Assembly (NCBI RefSeq): GCF_000143415.4
Contig: NW_003314344.1
Coordinates: 504,336 to 568,335, forward strand
DNA length: 64,000 nucleotides
Source: Selaginella moellendorffii
Lineage: Eukaryota > Plantae > Lycopodiophyta
Direction of reading: 5' to 3'
Shown piece after piece: positions 37,101 through 49,429 of the stretch. Each line of letters opens with the position of its first letter. Position 1 is the first letter of the stretch. A program made the translations under genes and the position numbers. Under the pieces are notes generated by a model that saw only the letters and a program-made list of their open reading frames with translations, ran no database searches and was not told where the DNA came from.

Positions 37101-40100
37101 CCCCGTGCTCTTCGGTAACCTTCTGGAGCTCTGCAGATAGTTGTCGCTGCTTCTTCTCGGACTCACTGACCAAAACTTCCAGCTCTTGGATTCTGCGTTC
37201 GTACTCTGCTGCTTTCTTCGTCTCATTCTCGACAGTCCTCTGATACTCTTCTTGGAGGCCACTCTTCTCCTGTTTGATTTTGCCAGTCTCTTCGACAAGT
37301 TCTTGGATACGGGCATTGCTCGTAGACATTTCGTCCTGCAGCTGTAGCTCCCGTTTTTTTAGCTCTTGGTGGCTGGTTTGCAGGTCCGTCACATGCCTCT
37401 CGATAACGTCGTGAGTAAGTTCTCGTGACTGATCAGCTGTTTTCTCCTTTTCCAGCCCGAAAAACGCTAGCAGATTGAACATCTCTTTCGATCTGGTCTC
37501 CTTGAGCATATCAAACTCTTTCGTCACCGAGTTCAGATTTTCTGTTTGTCTCTCGAAGTCAGATACCAGGTTTGTGTGCAGTCCGGTACTCTTTTGGTAT
37601 TCTTCATCGAGGGAGCTCTTTTCTTGCTTCAGCTTCTCAATCTCCTCCTCGAGCTGTTGAATGCGAGTCTTTCCATCAAGAATTTCGTTCTGTAAGCATG
37701 TTCCATGCTCCTCGAGCTCCTGAAGACGGGTCGTCTTTGCAGCTAGCTTGCTTTGCAGCTGTAGCTCCCTCTCTTTCAAGTCTGCATGGCTTGTTTGGAA
37801 CGTTGCCAGGTGTTTTTCGACATCGTCGTAGGAGCCTTCCCCGTTTTCCACACCAAGTGACGAAAGCAGCCTGAGAATCTCTCTGGATCGCATCTCTTTG
37901 AATTTCTCCAGCTCTTCGTTCACCGAGTTCAGGCTCTTCGTTTGCTGCTCACAGTCAGAAGTGAGTTTATCCTGCATCGTCGTGCTTTTCTTCAACTCTT
38001 CATCAAGAAGTTCCTTTTCTCCCTTCAGCGTGACGATTTCTTCTTCGAGTTGCTGAATTCGGATGTTTCCTTCTATAATGTCGCTCTTCAAGGACACTTC
38101 TCGTGTCTTCAGCTCCGAGTACTTCGACTGCAGTTCGATCGCTTTCTTCGCCACCTCGTCATGGCTTACATCCCGTTCTTCAGGCTGATCGTCGTCATCT
38201 CCAAAGAGAAACTTATACAAGCTGAAAGTTTCTCGAGACCTGGTGTGCTTTAAACTTTCCATCTCGAGCTCCCTCGTCTTGTGCAGCTGGGAATTCTCAT
38301 CCAGCAACGCCTGGGCTTCATCCTTGAGTCTTTTCACCTCCTCCAGTTCACTGGTAACTTTGCCCATCCTTTCCTGGAGCTCTTCTTTTTCTTGCGACCA
38401 GATCACACGAAGCCTCTCAGACTCGTTTTTGGATGTCACCAATTCGGACTTCGCCTGCTCGTTGTCCGTGTTAAGTTGCCGATGCTGTCCGTTCATTTCT
38501 TCCTTCTCAGACTGAAGCTTCTGCGCATGTGCTTCTAATGCCTCCCTGGCTTTCTCAGAAACGACAAGCTTTTGTTCTAACGTCGAGATTTGTTCCTTGC
38601 ATGCTTCGAGATCCTTAACTATCTTTTCAACCTCACCCTCCTTGTCGGATATTGTGGCTTTCAGGGACGTGATTACTTCTTCCCGTTTTTGAAGCTCCAG
38701 TGAAAGCTCGCGCAGCTTTTCCATGCTACTCTGGAGCTCTGCTGCTACCTTCTCCTTCTCTTCCTTTGTATTTGCAATCTCTGTCTCCAGCTTCCGACAA
38801 AGCTCGGTTGCTGCTGAAACTTCGGCCTGGAGTTTCTCGTGCTTGCCTTGCAAATCCTGATGCTTTTCTGTCAGTGTCTTCATGCTTGCACCGAGAACAA
38901 AAGCTTCATCAATTCCTCTTTGGTGAGTCGAGCTGAGTTCAGCATGCTGCCCTTGTACAGCAGCAAGCTCGGACTTCAAGCGCTGAACCTCGGAATCCAG
39001 TGACATCGATTTCTGTCCTTCCTCCTCAAACTGGCTCACGAGACTTGCTTTCTCTGTTCGCAAAGCCGACAGCTCCACTTCCAAGTTGGTGGAGTAATCT
39101 GTCTTGCTCGACAGCTGTTCCTCTGAACTTCTGTTAAGTTCCCGGAGGTTCTCTATCTCGGTTCCATGGAATGCTACTTTTGCCTCCAGTTCTGATTTCT
39201 CTTGCTCAAGGCGACCGATCTGATCTTCTTTCTCCTGCATCGTGACCTTGAGTCCATCGAGGTTTTCTTGCAGTATCCTGTGCTGTTCAGTAGCCGATGC
39301 AAGGCTTTCTTCCAGCTGCTTGAGTGCTGCCTTCGCTTCGGAATCGCTGGACTCTTTCATGGCTTGGAGATCCAAAATGTTCTTCTCTGCCAGCTTTTTG
39401 GCTTCTGTTACCTCTGAGAGTTCCGTCTGAAGGTTCGAGTGAGTGGCCTGCAGAGTTGCAAGCGTCTCCGTAAGAACCTTGACACGCTCTCCTACAGAGA
39501 GAGCCTCCTCCCCATGTTTCTGGCACTCGGATTTCAGCTCGTTGATTTTCGCTTGCGCTTCGGTCAACTCTTGTTGCTTCTGACTCTGAAGATCGGACAT
39601 CTCGCGCTCCAACGAACTTAAGTGTTCAGCATGAATGGCAAGCTGGCTCTGAGACTCAGTTTTTGCTGCATCGAGGCGGGAAATGCCTTCTTCGAGTTTC
39701 TGAACCCACAGCCAAATATCCGTCTCCGAATCCACTCCATGATCTTCAAGCCTTCGGACGAGGTCGAACACCTTCGAGTGCAGCTTTTTGACAGCTTCTT
39801 CTTGCTCTTTGGCTTGCAACTCGCTAGCTGAAATAATACTTCTGAGGTTCCTGATTTCTTCTTCCAAGGAGATGACTTCTTCTTTCAGGCTGCCAACCTC
39901 AGCTGCATGTGCTTCAACTTTGGCTTGAAGCTCCGACTTATCTTTCTCGAGAGCACCAATCTGTTCTTGAAGTTCTCTGACGCGCTCGGCACCAGAAGTT
40001 ATCTCGCCTTTGAGTGTCTGAATATCGTTCTCTTTTTCAGTGAGCATGTTTTGATGTTCAGCCGACAGACTCACATGCAGCTCCCTGAGTTCCCTGTTTT

Positions 40101-41256
40101 CGTTCGAGTGTGTGTTGAGTTGATCTTCCAGCGTCAAATGCCTGTCGTGAAGTTCCGTCTTTTCCCTCGTAAGCTTGGATACTATCTCTTCGGCAGCTTG
40201 CAGCTCACTCGTCTTCTGAGAAACTTCTGCAGCCAGACTTTCTTGTTCTTGCTCGAGTTTCTGAACTCCCGCCTTAAGAGTCTTTTGTATCTCGCTACTC
40301 CTCTGACTGTCCACCTGCAGTCGTGAGCACTCTTGCTGTAGCTCCTTGATCATCTCATGCAAAGATAAATTCTTTGCTGCTGCACCGTCATCCTTGGCCG
40401 AGTGATCCATCTCCATCTCTCCCAGAAACACGCTGATCTCCTCGTTTGCTTTGCGTAGTTGATCAATCAAGCCTTTGTTCTCGGTCGACAGTTTGGTCAT
40501 CTCGTCTTTTAAAGAGGTCCGCTCCGTTTGCAAAGAGGTGACTTCCTCTTGGAGACCTTTCAGCTCCTCAGGAGGCACAACTTGGCTCAGTAACACACTG
40601 TTCCGGCCTGTCACCTGTTTGAGCTCCTCTTCGAGATCCTCAACCTTTCTCTTCCAATCGGTTGAGCCCAGCTGTTCCTTAAGCTGCTTGTTTTCTTGCT
40701 GCAAGCTGAACAACATCTTGTGCTGCCTTGAATCATCGTCCGAGTTGTCGTCGTCAGAGCTTGAAGAGCTACTAGAGTCAGACTCTGCATCCTTTTTATT
40801 CTTTTCTTTCTTCTTCTCGGACTTCTTCGACTCTTTCGGACTCTCCCCCGGCTTGGACTTCTTCTTGAAGGTGAGTCTCTTTCCAAACGGGGAATTCATC
40901 TCTGGCATACTTTCTCGCAGCTCACCAGTAAGTTGGTCGTACCGCTCAGCGAGAGACCTGTACGATCTGTAAAATGCCTCAACCAACCCGACGAGTTCTG
41001 GCCTCTTTTGATAGTACATCTCGGCCCGCTTGGCAAAAGAATCTGCGTCTTCCTCGATAAGTTTGAGCATTTCTTTCACCTTGGCATCCATATCTGCTCG
41101 AAGGATAAAAGCGCACATCATCATAAAGAAAGAGAAGAATCTCGCTGCTCTACTACTTTACAGACTAAACAAGTTACCTTGGAGATTGTCCTCGAGCCAT
41201 TTGGAATTCTTTGGACTGATATGACTATCCCACCACCAAGTGTGTGACTTCCCCAT
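34114..41256 (-). CDS. NETWORKED (NET/KIP1) actin-binding protein, NET4-like ends, very long coiled coil (~2352 aa, 2 coding exons)
   Basis: Exon 1 (41256-41178) [26 protein letters not shown] joins exon 2 (41093-34114) [34 protein letters not shown], forming the NAB domain. C-terminal [14 protein letters not shown] is the IRQ motif. Confidence 0.92.
36190..37400 (-). repeat. Intragenic 402-bp (134-aa) tandem repeat, ~3 copies
   Basis: The anchor GCATT(G/A)CT of the SNAR(L/I)QE motif occurs at 36509, 36911 and 37313, exactly 402 bp apart. Confidence 0.9.
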
Positions 41257-42247
41257 CAGTCACAAGACGATGCTACTTTAATTCACATTCTGGAATTTTT
41301 AACATAGAGCCAGTAAGATCATAGAAAAGTGAAAAGAACTTCACACTGACCTCCTCGTGAGCTCCCTCTTTTATCTTTCTTACACTAGTATAAGCTCCAC
41401 ACTCCACAGTACAACCTGTTCAGACGAGAAGAGAATCTGTCAGTGATTTCCAAACAAGAGTGTCCCTTCTAGTTGACCTCTCTAGAATTCCACTGCGACA
41501 CACCAGGAAAGAATTCTCGCAAAAATACGCCGTCACAGGGCGAGTTTCTCACAATGCGCCCCAAGAATCACAGAGAAATCACACGACCTAGAAGATTTTC
41601 CAAAGGATCTAAGATATTTCGACCAGATGCCTCACAAACGCAGGCCCGCGCGCATCGCATTGCAAGATCGAAGGCGCAGGGAAGAGAAATCGCCGCAGCT
41701 CACCTCCTGAAGCTCGCCCTTTCCAATCGCGATGGCGCAAGCGCGGCTGCAAGAACGAGGAGGAAGAAAATTCGCAATCCTCCTCTACAAGGACTCCTAG
41801 TAGGAGCGAATGGACGCCGTCGATAATGCCACGCTGGCAAGAGCATACGGATGCCGTCCATCGCGCAGCCGCAAATCGCAGCCGTCAGATACAATTATTT
41901 TTCTTGTCATGGTTGGCAGTCTTTAAAAGCCCTGCCCCACATTACGCCAATTATACCCTCCTCATTTCACAACTACACAAGATCCTTTGGAAAAATCATA
42001 TACCATGTGTGTGTTTTGTGTCCTTATCAATGTTTAGTCGCGATTTCACCGAATAAAAGATGGAACCTCCGTCATCACAGCATTCTATTCTATAAAAAGT
42101 TGGTAGGGCAGTGACATGGCCGCACGTTCATACAATTTCGCCAACATTTGGAGCTCTATGCGATGTCTTCGTGGTCATTCATTTATCATTGTGCTAGTAC
42201 CGGAAAGTACGAACACTTGATTCTAAAGATTCGGATAGAATTGATCT

Positions 42248-44077
42248 TTATGTGGCGATCGTGTTTGACAGTAGAACAAACGATGATACATTCTTTGGAT
42301 CGAGCTCTCTAAGCTGCTGCGATGCCCGAGCTCCTCGCTCTTGATCGCCATTCACTCGACAAGCACTCAGCAAAGTCATCCACGACACAATATCGGCCTC
42401 GAAAGGCATCCCCAAGATCAAGTCCTCGGCATCTCCCGTTTTCCCAGCTCGGGCCAAGAGATCAACCACGCATTTGTAATGATCCATCACGGGATTTACT
42501 TGATAGTCGCAAAGCATGCGAGCGAAGTGTTCTTGCCCAACTTCCAGTGATCCTTTGTGGCTACAAGCCGAGAAAACTCCCACGTAAGTCACAGCATTTG
42601 GACGAACTCCTTCCACGGACATGTAGTGAAGCAGCTCCAAAGCTTGAGATGGAAGCTTTGCCTGGACGTAAGCAGCGATCATGGCCGTCCAGGAGATCTC
42701 GTCCTGGTAAGGCATTCCATAGAAGATCCCCAAAGCAAGCCACACTTTGCCACACTTTCCATACAAATCGAGCAGAGCATTCGCGATTTGAAGATTGAGT
42801 GGAAGCCCCGCCGCCACCACGTCTTCATGGATGAGCCTTCCTTCGAGAAACGCCACCGCGCTAGCACAGGCGTCGAGAACACTGACGAAAGTTACTTCGT
42901 TTGGTTGGATGCCTTCGAGATCCATGGTTTTGAAGAGAGTGATGGCTTGGCGGCTGTGACCATTTTGCGCATACCCCGAAATCAGAGCACTCCACGAGAC
43001 AATGTTGTGTTTGGGCATATCGTCAAAGATCTGCTTTGCTTCTAGCATATGCCCTGCCTGGGCATAAGCTGAGACAATTGCATTCCACGACACCATGTCC
43101 TTATGCGGCATTTGAAGAAAAAGTTTCATCGCTTCTTCTAGTTTCTTAACTTGTGCATATGCCGCCACAATCGCATTCCACGCGATCGAATCGCGCTCGT
43201 TCTCTGGCATCGAGTTAAAGATTGCTCTTGCGGCACGGACGTTTCCCTGCTGCGAATGCCCTGTGATCATGGCCGTGCATGACACTGCGTCGTGAAACTC
43301 CATGCTCTCAAACGTTTCCTCAGCTCCAGGGAGATCGCCGGCCTGGACGTAAGCAGTGATCATAGCGTTCAAGGTGACAATGTTTGGATCAGGAACGGAT
43401 TCAAACAAGCTTCGAGCTTCGCGAAGAAATCCCCCTTGTGAGTATCCGCTCATCAACGCGTTCCAAGACACAACATCTCTTTCCGGCATCTCATTGAAGA
43501 GCCTCCGAGCTTCTAACAAATGCCCGTTTGAGGCATACGCTGTGACCATAGAGTTCCAAGATATGATATCTCTTCTCGGCATAAGATCAAACAGATATCT
43601 TGCCATTCGAATGTTTCCACGCTGTGCGTAGAGTGCTATGATCGAGTTAGACGATACTACATCCTTATCTGGCATAACATCATACAAACACTTCGCCTCG
43701 TACAGATGCCCATTCTTGGCATATGCCGCAATAATGATCGTCCAGGAGAAAACATTGGGCTCATCCAGGCCGTCGAAAACGCCGCGCGCTTCCTCCACGC
43801 TACCGCATCGACCGTACATTTGGATGATGAGATTGGCGAGGTATCGGTTCTTCCTGTGCTGGCCGCCGGCGATCTTTGCGTGGATTTGCCGGGCATGGGA
43901 GAGATCCTTGCAGGATTTGAGCGCGTGGGTGTAGAAATCGGGGAAAGAAGAGGGGCTAGAACGATTCTCGGTGCTCGGCTTCTTGTGATTGACGTCGCGG
44001 AGGAGTTCCCTGGCGATCAAAATGGAATTGGAGGAAGCTCCATCGGCAGCCACTGCTAGAATCACGATCGCCCACAT
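42248..44077 (-). CDS. PLS-class PPR protein (SS motifs, ends in E region), intronless
   Basis: 609-aa ORF. MYGRCG, tandem 31-aa repeats, TYVGVFSACSHKG, HYKCVVDLLARAG, SWMTLLSACR, SFVLLSN. Confidence 0.93.
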   Translation of the reverse strand: MWAIVILAVAADGASSNSILIARELLRDVNHKKPSTENRSSPSSFPDFYTHALKSCKDLSHARQIHAKIAGGQHRKNRYLANLIIQMYGRCGSVEEARGVFDGLDEPNVFSWTIIIAAYAKNGHLYEAKCLYDVMPDKDVVSSNSIIALYAQRGNIRMARYLFDLMPRRDIISWNSMVTAYASNGHLLEARRLFNEMPERDVVSWNALMSGYSQGGFLREARSLFESVPDPNIVTLNAMITAYVQAGDLPGAEETFESMEFHDAVSCTAMITGHSQQGNVRAARAIFNSMPENERDSIAWNAIVAAYAQVKKLEEAMKLFLQMPHKDMVSWNAIVSAYAQAGHMLEAKQIFDDMPKHNIVSWSALISGYAQNGHSRQAITLFKTMDLEGIQPNEVTFVSVLDACASAVAFLEGRLIHEDVVAAGLPLNLQIANALLDLYGKCGKVWLALGIFYGMPYQDEISWTAMIAAYVQAKLPSQALELLHYMSVEGVRPNAVTYVGVFSACSHKGSLEVGQEHFARMLCDYQVNPVMDHYKCVVDLLARAGKTGDAEDLILGMPFEADIVSWMTLLSACRVNGDQERGARASQQLRELDPKNVSSFVLLSNTIAT

Positions 44078-44145
44078 TGGGATCTCATCGCCATCTCATC
44101 TAATCTAGCTTCCGACGCTATGCCCTCGGTCCAATCGCGCCATCT

Positions 44146-46034
44146 ATGCCCGCTATTGCCAATTGCTCTTCAGTGATTCACAACACGAGGGCATTCCCAT
44201 CTTCTTCTTCCTCGCACGATAGCATCGCCAGATTTCTCCAGCAAAATGGGAGTTCTGTGGATTCTCTCGCTCAGCTCATTCGATCGTGCAGGGGAGATCT
44301 CTCACAAACACGGAGAGTACACGGCTACATCCTCGCCAGCGACGCTTACCGGTCCGACCGCCATCTCGCGAATTTGCTGGTGGAAATGTATGGCAAATGC
44401 GGGAGCCTGGACGAAGCCCAGCGAGTTTTCGATCGCCTGGAACGCCCAAACATCGTGTCGTGGACGATTCTCATGGGAATATACACGGAAAACAGGGAGA
44501 TCGCCAAAGCGAGACGGGTCTTTGACCAAATGCCCCACAAGGACGCGGTGGCCTGGAACGCGATGATCAAGGCATATGCCCAACTTGGGCATCTAGACGA
44601 AGCAAAGGTCGTCTTTGATCGAATGCCTGATCACGACGTTTCATCTTGGAACACTTTGATTGCTGCATATGCGCAAAACAGCAGTGTTTACGAAGCCAAG
44701 CAGATCTTCGACACCATGCCCGATCGAAACGTTGTCTCATGGAACGCGATGCTCGCAGCATTTGCCCAGAACGGGCATATCCACGAATCGAGAAAGCTCT
44801 TTAACGCGATGCCGCAGCGCGACGTTGTTTCTTGGACCGCGATGGTCACGGCATACGCTCAGTGCGGAAAACTGCCCGAGGCCACTGCGATCTTTGACAC
44901 CATGCCTGAGAGAACCTTAATCGCTTTCACTGTTCTTATCGCTGTAAATGCCCAGCAAGGGCATCTTTTACAAGCAAAACTTCTCTTTGATCAATTGCCA
45001 CAGCAGGATTCTCACACATTGACGGCTATGATCACCGCGTACGGACAGTCCGGTGATGTCGTACGGGCCCAAAGACTCTTCGACCAGATGCCCAACCCGA
45101 ACGTCGTCTCTTACACCGCTCTCGTGGCGGCATATGCCCAAGCAGGGGATATTCTCTCGGCTCGACGAATTTTCGACCGGATTCCCCGTAGGGACGCGGC
45201 GGCTTGGAATGCAATGGTCTCGGCATATGCCCAAAACGGGCATCTGGAGCAAGCAAAGGATTTCTTTGAGAAGATGCCCAGCCGTACGGTGGTCTCCTGG
45301 AACGCNNNNNNNNNNNNNNNNNNNNNNNNNNNNNNNNNNNNNNNNNNNNNNNNNNNNNNNNNNNNNNNNNNNNNNNNNNNNNNNNNNNNNNNNNNNNNNN
45401 NNNNNNNNNNNNNNNNNNNNNNNNNNNNNNNNNNNNNNNNNNNNNNNNNNNNNAACTCTTGTTTGACAAGATGAGCTTCAAGAATGAAGTTACTTGGAAC
45501 GCGATGATCTCGGCGTACGCACAAGCCGGGCTTGGAAGCCAAGCAATGGAGCTCTTCCACACCATGGGACTGGAAGGGGTCTCTCCAAACGATATAACTT
45601 TCCTGGGAATCCTCTCGGCCTCGGCGTACGGAGGAACCTTGGAGGACGCGTGTTACTACTTCGAAGTGCTGACCCGTGAGTACGGAATAGCCGCGAGCGT
45701 GGATCACTTCACTTGCTTGATCGACTTGCTTGGCAAGGCCGGACAGTTGGACGTTGCCGAGAGGTTGATCCAGTTGATGCCTTGCAAGCCTGACGCTGTC
45801 GCCTGGATCACGCTGCTTGGAGCTTGTAAGATCCATGGCGATGTAGCCAGGGGACTGAGAGTCGCGGCACGGGCTTTCAACTTGGATCCTCAGCAAAAGG
45901 CGTCTTATCTGCTGCTGTCCAACATTTATTTCCAGGCCGCCACTGGAAGAGGCGTCAACAAAGCGTTAGCAAACAGATTGCTCAAAAGAACTGGCCTGGA
46001 GCTCTCAAGTTCAGAGAAGAAGGAAATCGGCTAG
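44146..46034 (+). CDS. PLS-class PPR protein (SS motifs, E region), spans an assembly gap
   Basis: PPR repeats on both sides of the N-gap 45306-45453. C-terminal HFTCLIDLLGKAG, AWITLLGACKIHG, SYLLLSNIY. Frame across the gap cannot be verified. Confidence 0.85.
45306..45453. other. Assembly gap (N run)
   Basis: 148 N bases. Confidence 1.
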
Positions 46035-46163
46035 AAACGCTTTGGAGGCGTGTCCGGGTTTCCTGAGAGAAGCACGCAAGAAGAAAGAAAATGTATGAAA
46101 TATAACCAGAATCAAAAGAAAAAAGTTAAGTCCCTGATCTGAAAGATGCCGTCCGTGTGTGAA

Positions 46164-47208
46164 TCACATATCCATTGGAGTCGCCTCGGCCGGTGGTTCT
46201 TCTGCTGCTCCTGCACTGGGACCGGCTTCACCACCACCGGAAGTAGACGCGGGATCCTCTGGAGCTGCTTCTTTGGCTTCGGCTTTGTTGTCCTCCAAGG
46301 TGTCGATGAAAGATTGGAGAGTCTCGCCGTCGAGGATGTGGAAGTCTTCGTCGGCTCCCACGACGGCAATCCCACAGTTGGTGCTCTTGAGTTCCTCGTC
46401 CTGCAAGGACTCCTTGACGGCCAGGAGTGCGTGGCGGATGAGCTCGTCCCGGGAGCAGTCCTTGAAAGTCTCAAACCTTCTCTCCAAGTATGTCTTGGCG
46501 GCTTGCGAGCGCGACCCGATTGCGAAGGCGTAGTACTCGTAGTAGTTCCCGGACGGGCAATTGTAGTAGAGATGTGGACCAGCTTCGTCGAGTCCCGCTA
46601 CGAGCAGGCCAACGCCGTATGGTCGTTTCCAAGATCTCTGCGTGCAAACCTGGAAAAATGCAATGGAGAGATGAATTAGAAACTCAAACAAGGAAATCAC
46701 CAAGCAGACAAAAAAGAGAAAAGATCAAGGAAGCTGAGAAAAAGCGAGAAAGATCGCTCAAACAAGCTAGAACTAGAAACTGGAGTGACGAGCACGCAAG
46801 AAGATAAGGACCATCAAGAAGGAAATGCAATGAAGAATGGGAGGAAGAAGATCTCACCTGGGCTTTGTCTGCCACTTGAACAACGAGGCGGCTCACGGGG
46901 AGAGGCGCCTCAAACACGAACTGGTGGTAAATACACTCGGATCTCATGAACTTACACAGCACTCGTCCGTCGGCGATAATCCCCGCCATAGCCACGCCGA
47001 TATTCTCATCGATCTTGAACAGCTTCTTCTGGTACGAGGAGAGCTCCGACGACGCCTTGTTCACCGACGCCAGAACAACATGAGTCTTACACTTGAGCCC
47101 CACTGCCGCGCTTCCCTGCTTCACGCCCTCCATAGCATACTCCACCTGATGGAGCCGCCCCGCCGGGCTCCATGTCGTCACATCCGTATCGTACTGATTG
47201 CGGAACAT
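46164..47208 (-). CDS. PAF1: 20S proteasome subunit alpha type-1 (alpha6), 2 exons, 278 aa
   Basis: [27 protein letters not shown]. Exons 47208-46858 and 46649-46164 join as [20 protein letters not shown]. Also [14 protein letters not shown] and an acidic tail ending PMDM. Confidence 0.95.
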
Positions 47209-47378
47209 TCTCGCCGCGGCCGATCGATCGATGGACTGACCCGCTGCCGCGCCCTAGCTAGGAATTTCTCTCTGAGCTGCCAAGAACCCTAATTCCTGTG
47301 ATCCAGAGCTGGGTTTTAATTTCAATCTAAAGTCCGCCAACACATTTTTAAACCCTAGCATTCTTTGTCGTCTCGGCT

Positions 47379-48824
47379 ATGGAGAATGCGGAGAAAATTG
47401 CCACTCGCCATGTCCTTCTCCTCACCTGTAACGGCATAGGCCACATTAATCCAGCCTTGACGCTCGCCACGAAGCTAGCTTCCATGGGATTATCCATCAC
47501 TCTGGTGGTCCCAGACGCGGCCTCTTTCTCGCTGGTGGCTTCCACGGATTTCCAAGGGCTGCCCATCACTCTAACCAAGCTTCCACTCCAAGATCACGGC
47601 CAAGAGGAGCAACATCAACAAGGCTGGACGATGGAGGGCCTTCGTGTTGCGGTTCGAAGCGGCTATGAGTGGCCCAGTGACTACTCGCGGCAGAAGATCG
47701 CTCTCGCGGCCCTGCTCGAGGAACTTAAGGTGAGTTCTTCGTCCCCTTGCTGCGTGATCGTCGACATGATTCTCAACTGGAGCGAGGAGCTGCTAGTGAA
47801 GACTGGTCTCCCCAGATTCATCCTCTACCCGGCCGCGCCCAACTACTTGGCTCTCTCGCTCCACGCGAGATCTCTCTACAGGAAGAAACTTCTTCCAGTC
47901 AAGTTTCCGGGATTCGAGACCATGAAGGTGGAGGGATTGCTTCCCTTGTACCGGAGAGACGTCCCTGACGCCATGACCGACGATGGTCACTGCTTGTATC
48001 CCCTCCATATGGGATTCAACGAGCACATAATCTCCTCAGATGGAATCCTCTTCAACAGCTTCACGGAGCTGGAGCCCGAGCTTTTCAAGGCACTCGCGGA
48101 GAGTTTCGAGGAGATCAAACACCACGAGCTTCTTCCAATCGGCCCGCTCTTCCCATCGAAGTACTTCGCCACCAAGGAATCCGCGGTGTTGAGGAGCTCC
48201 GAGGAAGAAAGGTGCCAGAGCTGGCTCGACGAGCAGCCTGTGGAGTCTGTGCTCTACGTCTCGTTTGGAAGCTTTGCACTCTTGACTCCACGGCAAATTT
48301 CCGAGCTAGCTCTCGGGCTGGAGGCCAGCCAGCAGCGATTCCTCTGGGTGGTGCCCGTGAAGAACAAGTCGATCGAGGAGCTCGAGGTTCTACTTCCAGA
48401 GGGATTTCTAAAACGCACCGAGGAGCGAGGCCTTGTGCTGCCCGGCTGGGCACCGCAGCATCTTATACTCGCCCACTCGTCGCTGGGAGGATTTATCATG
48501 CACTGCGGCTGGAACTCGACGCTGGAAGCTATAACTCTAGCTGGAGTGCCGCTGATCGGCTGGCCTTTCCTTGGAGACCAGGCCCCAAACTGCCGATATC
48601 TGGTCGATGGCCTCCGCATTGGAGTGGAAGTTATTGGTAATGACAATGGATTAGTGGATAGCAACGAGGTGGAACGAGTTGTGAGGGAGATTATGGATAG
48701 TCCAGGTATGAAGAACCGAGTCAAGGAGTTCAAGGCCGCGGCAAGTAGAGCTGTGGCTCAAGGTGGAAGCTCTCAAAAGAACTTTGATGTATTTGTTGCG
48801 AGAATTAAGTCACTAATGGTTTGA
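47379..48824 (+). CDS. UDP-glycosyltransferase (GT1 family), intronless
   Basis: N-terminal GHINP catalytic His, VLYVSFGS, and PSPG box WAPQHLILAHSSLGGFIMHCGWNSTLEA...WPFLGDQ. Confidence 0.95.
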   Translation: MENAEKIATRHVLLLTCNGIGHINPALTLATKLASMGLSITLVVPDAASFSLVASTDFQGLPITLTKLPLQDHGQEEQHQQGWTMEGLRVAVRSGYEWPSDYSRQKIALAALLEELKVSSSSPCCVIVDMILNWSEELLVKTGLPRFILYPAAPNYLALSLHARSLYRKKLLPVKFPGFETMKVEGLLPLYRRDVPDAMTDDGHCLYPLHMGFNEHIISSDGILFNSFTELEPELFKALAESFEEIKHHELLPIGPLFPSKYFATKESAVLRSSEEERCQSWLDEQPVESVLYVSFGSFALLTPRQISELALGLEASQQRFLWVVPVKNKSIEELEVLLPEGFLKRTEERGLVLPGWAPQHLILAHSSLGGFIMHCGWNSTLEAITLAGVPLIGWPFLGDQAPNCRYLVDGLRIGVEVIGNDNGLVDSNEVERVVREIMDSPGMKNRVKEFKAAASRAVAQGGSSQKNFDVFVARIKSLMV

Positions 48825-49429
48825 TAATACTAAGGAAGAGATCAGCTTATTTTGTAACCATTAAACTGTAAACTCGAGTAGCCTGAGTTAAATGACCAGC
48901 TTCAGTGTATGCTCCAAGAAGGGCATTCCATGAAATAAGGATATTATGTTTCTGTGTTCTCTTCCAATATCAATGGATTTTGTGGATAAAGATTGTGTAC
49001 TTCTAGTAGTAGTTGTTGTTTGGTATCTCAAAAGAGATGAAGAGACGTGCTTCAAATGGAACCACAGTGAAAGAAATTGCACTGCAAGATTAAAATCTAG
49101 TTTATAATATGTAGTACATAGTTTAGAAATACAACTATGTGTTTTTTTTTAATTTTAATATTCCATTTAACAAAATGATTATGATTCAGTAATAATTTTA
49201 AGTTTTTGCTTTACATCTAAAAATAACAGTATCCTTTAATAATTATAGTTTCCAAGGAATTATTTAGGTATCATTATATATTTACACATATGCAAATCTA
49301 TTTCTATTTTGAGTTGCATGTAAAAATATTATACACACCATCATGTTAAATATTTCTTGTTTGGTTGTGATTGTGTGTATAATATTTTTGTCATAGGGTA
49401 TGCCATGTATGTATATGGCATGACACTTT

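Noticed and set aside
46650-46857. Unusually long (208-nt) proteasome intron as a snoRNA host
   Set aside because: Pyrimidine-rich with no paired C/D boxes or H/ACA hairpins seen.
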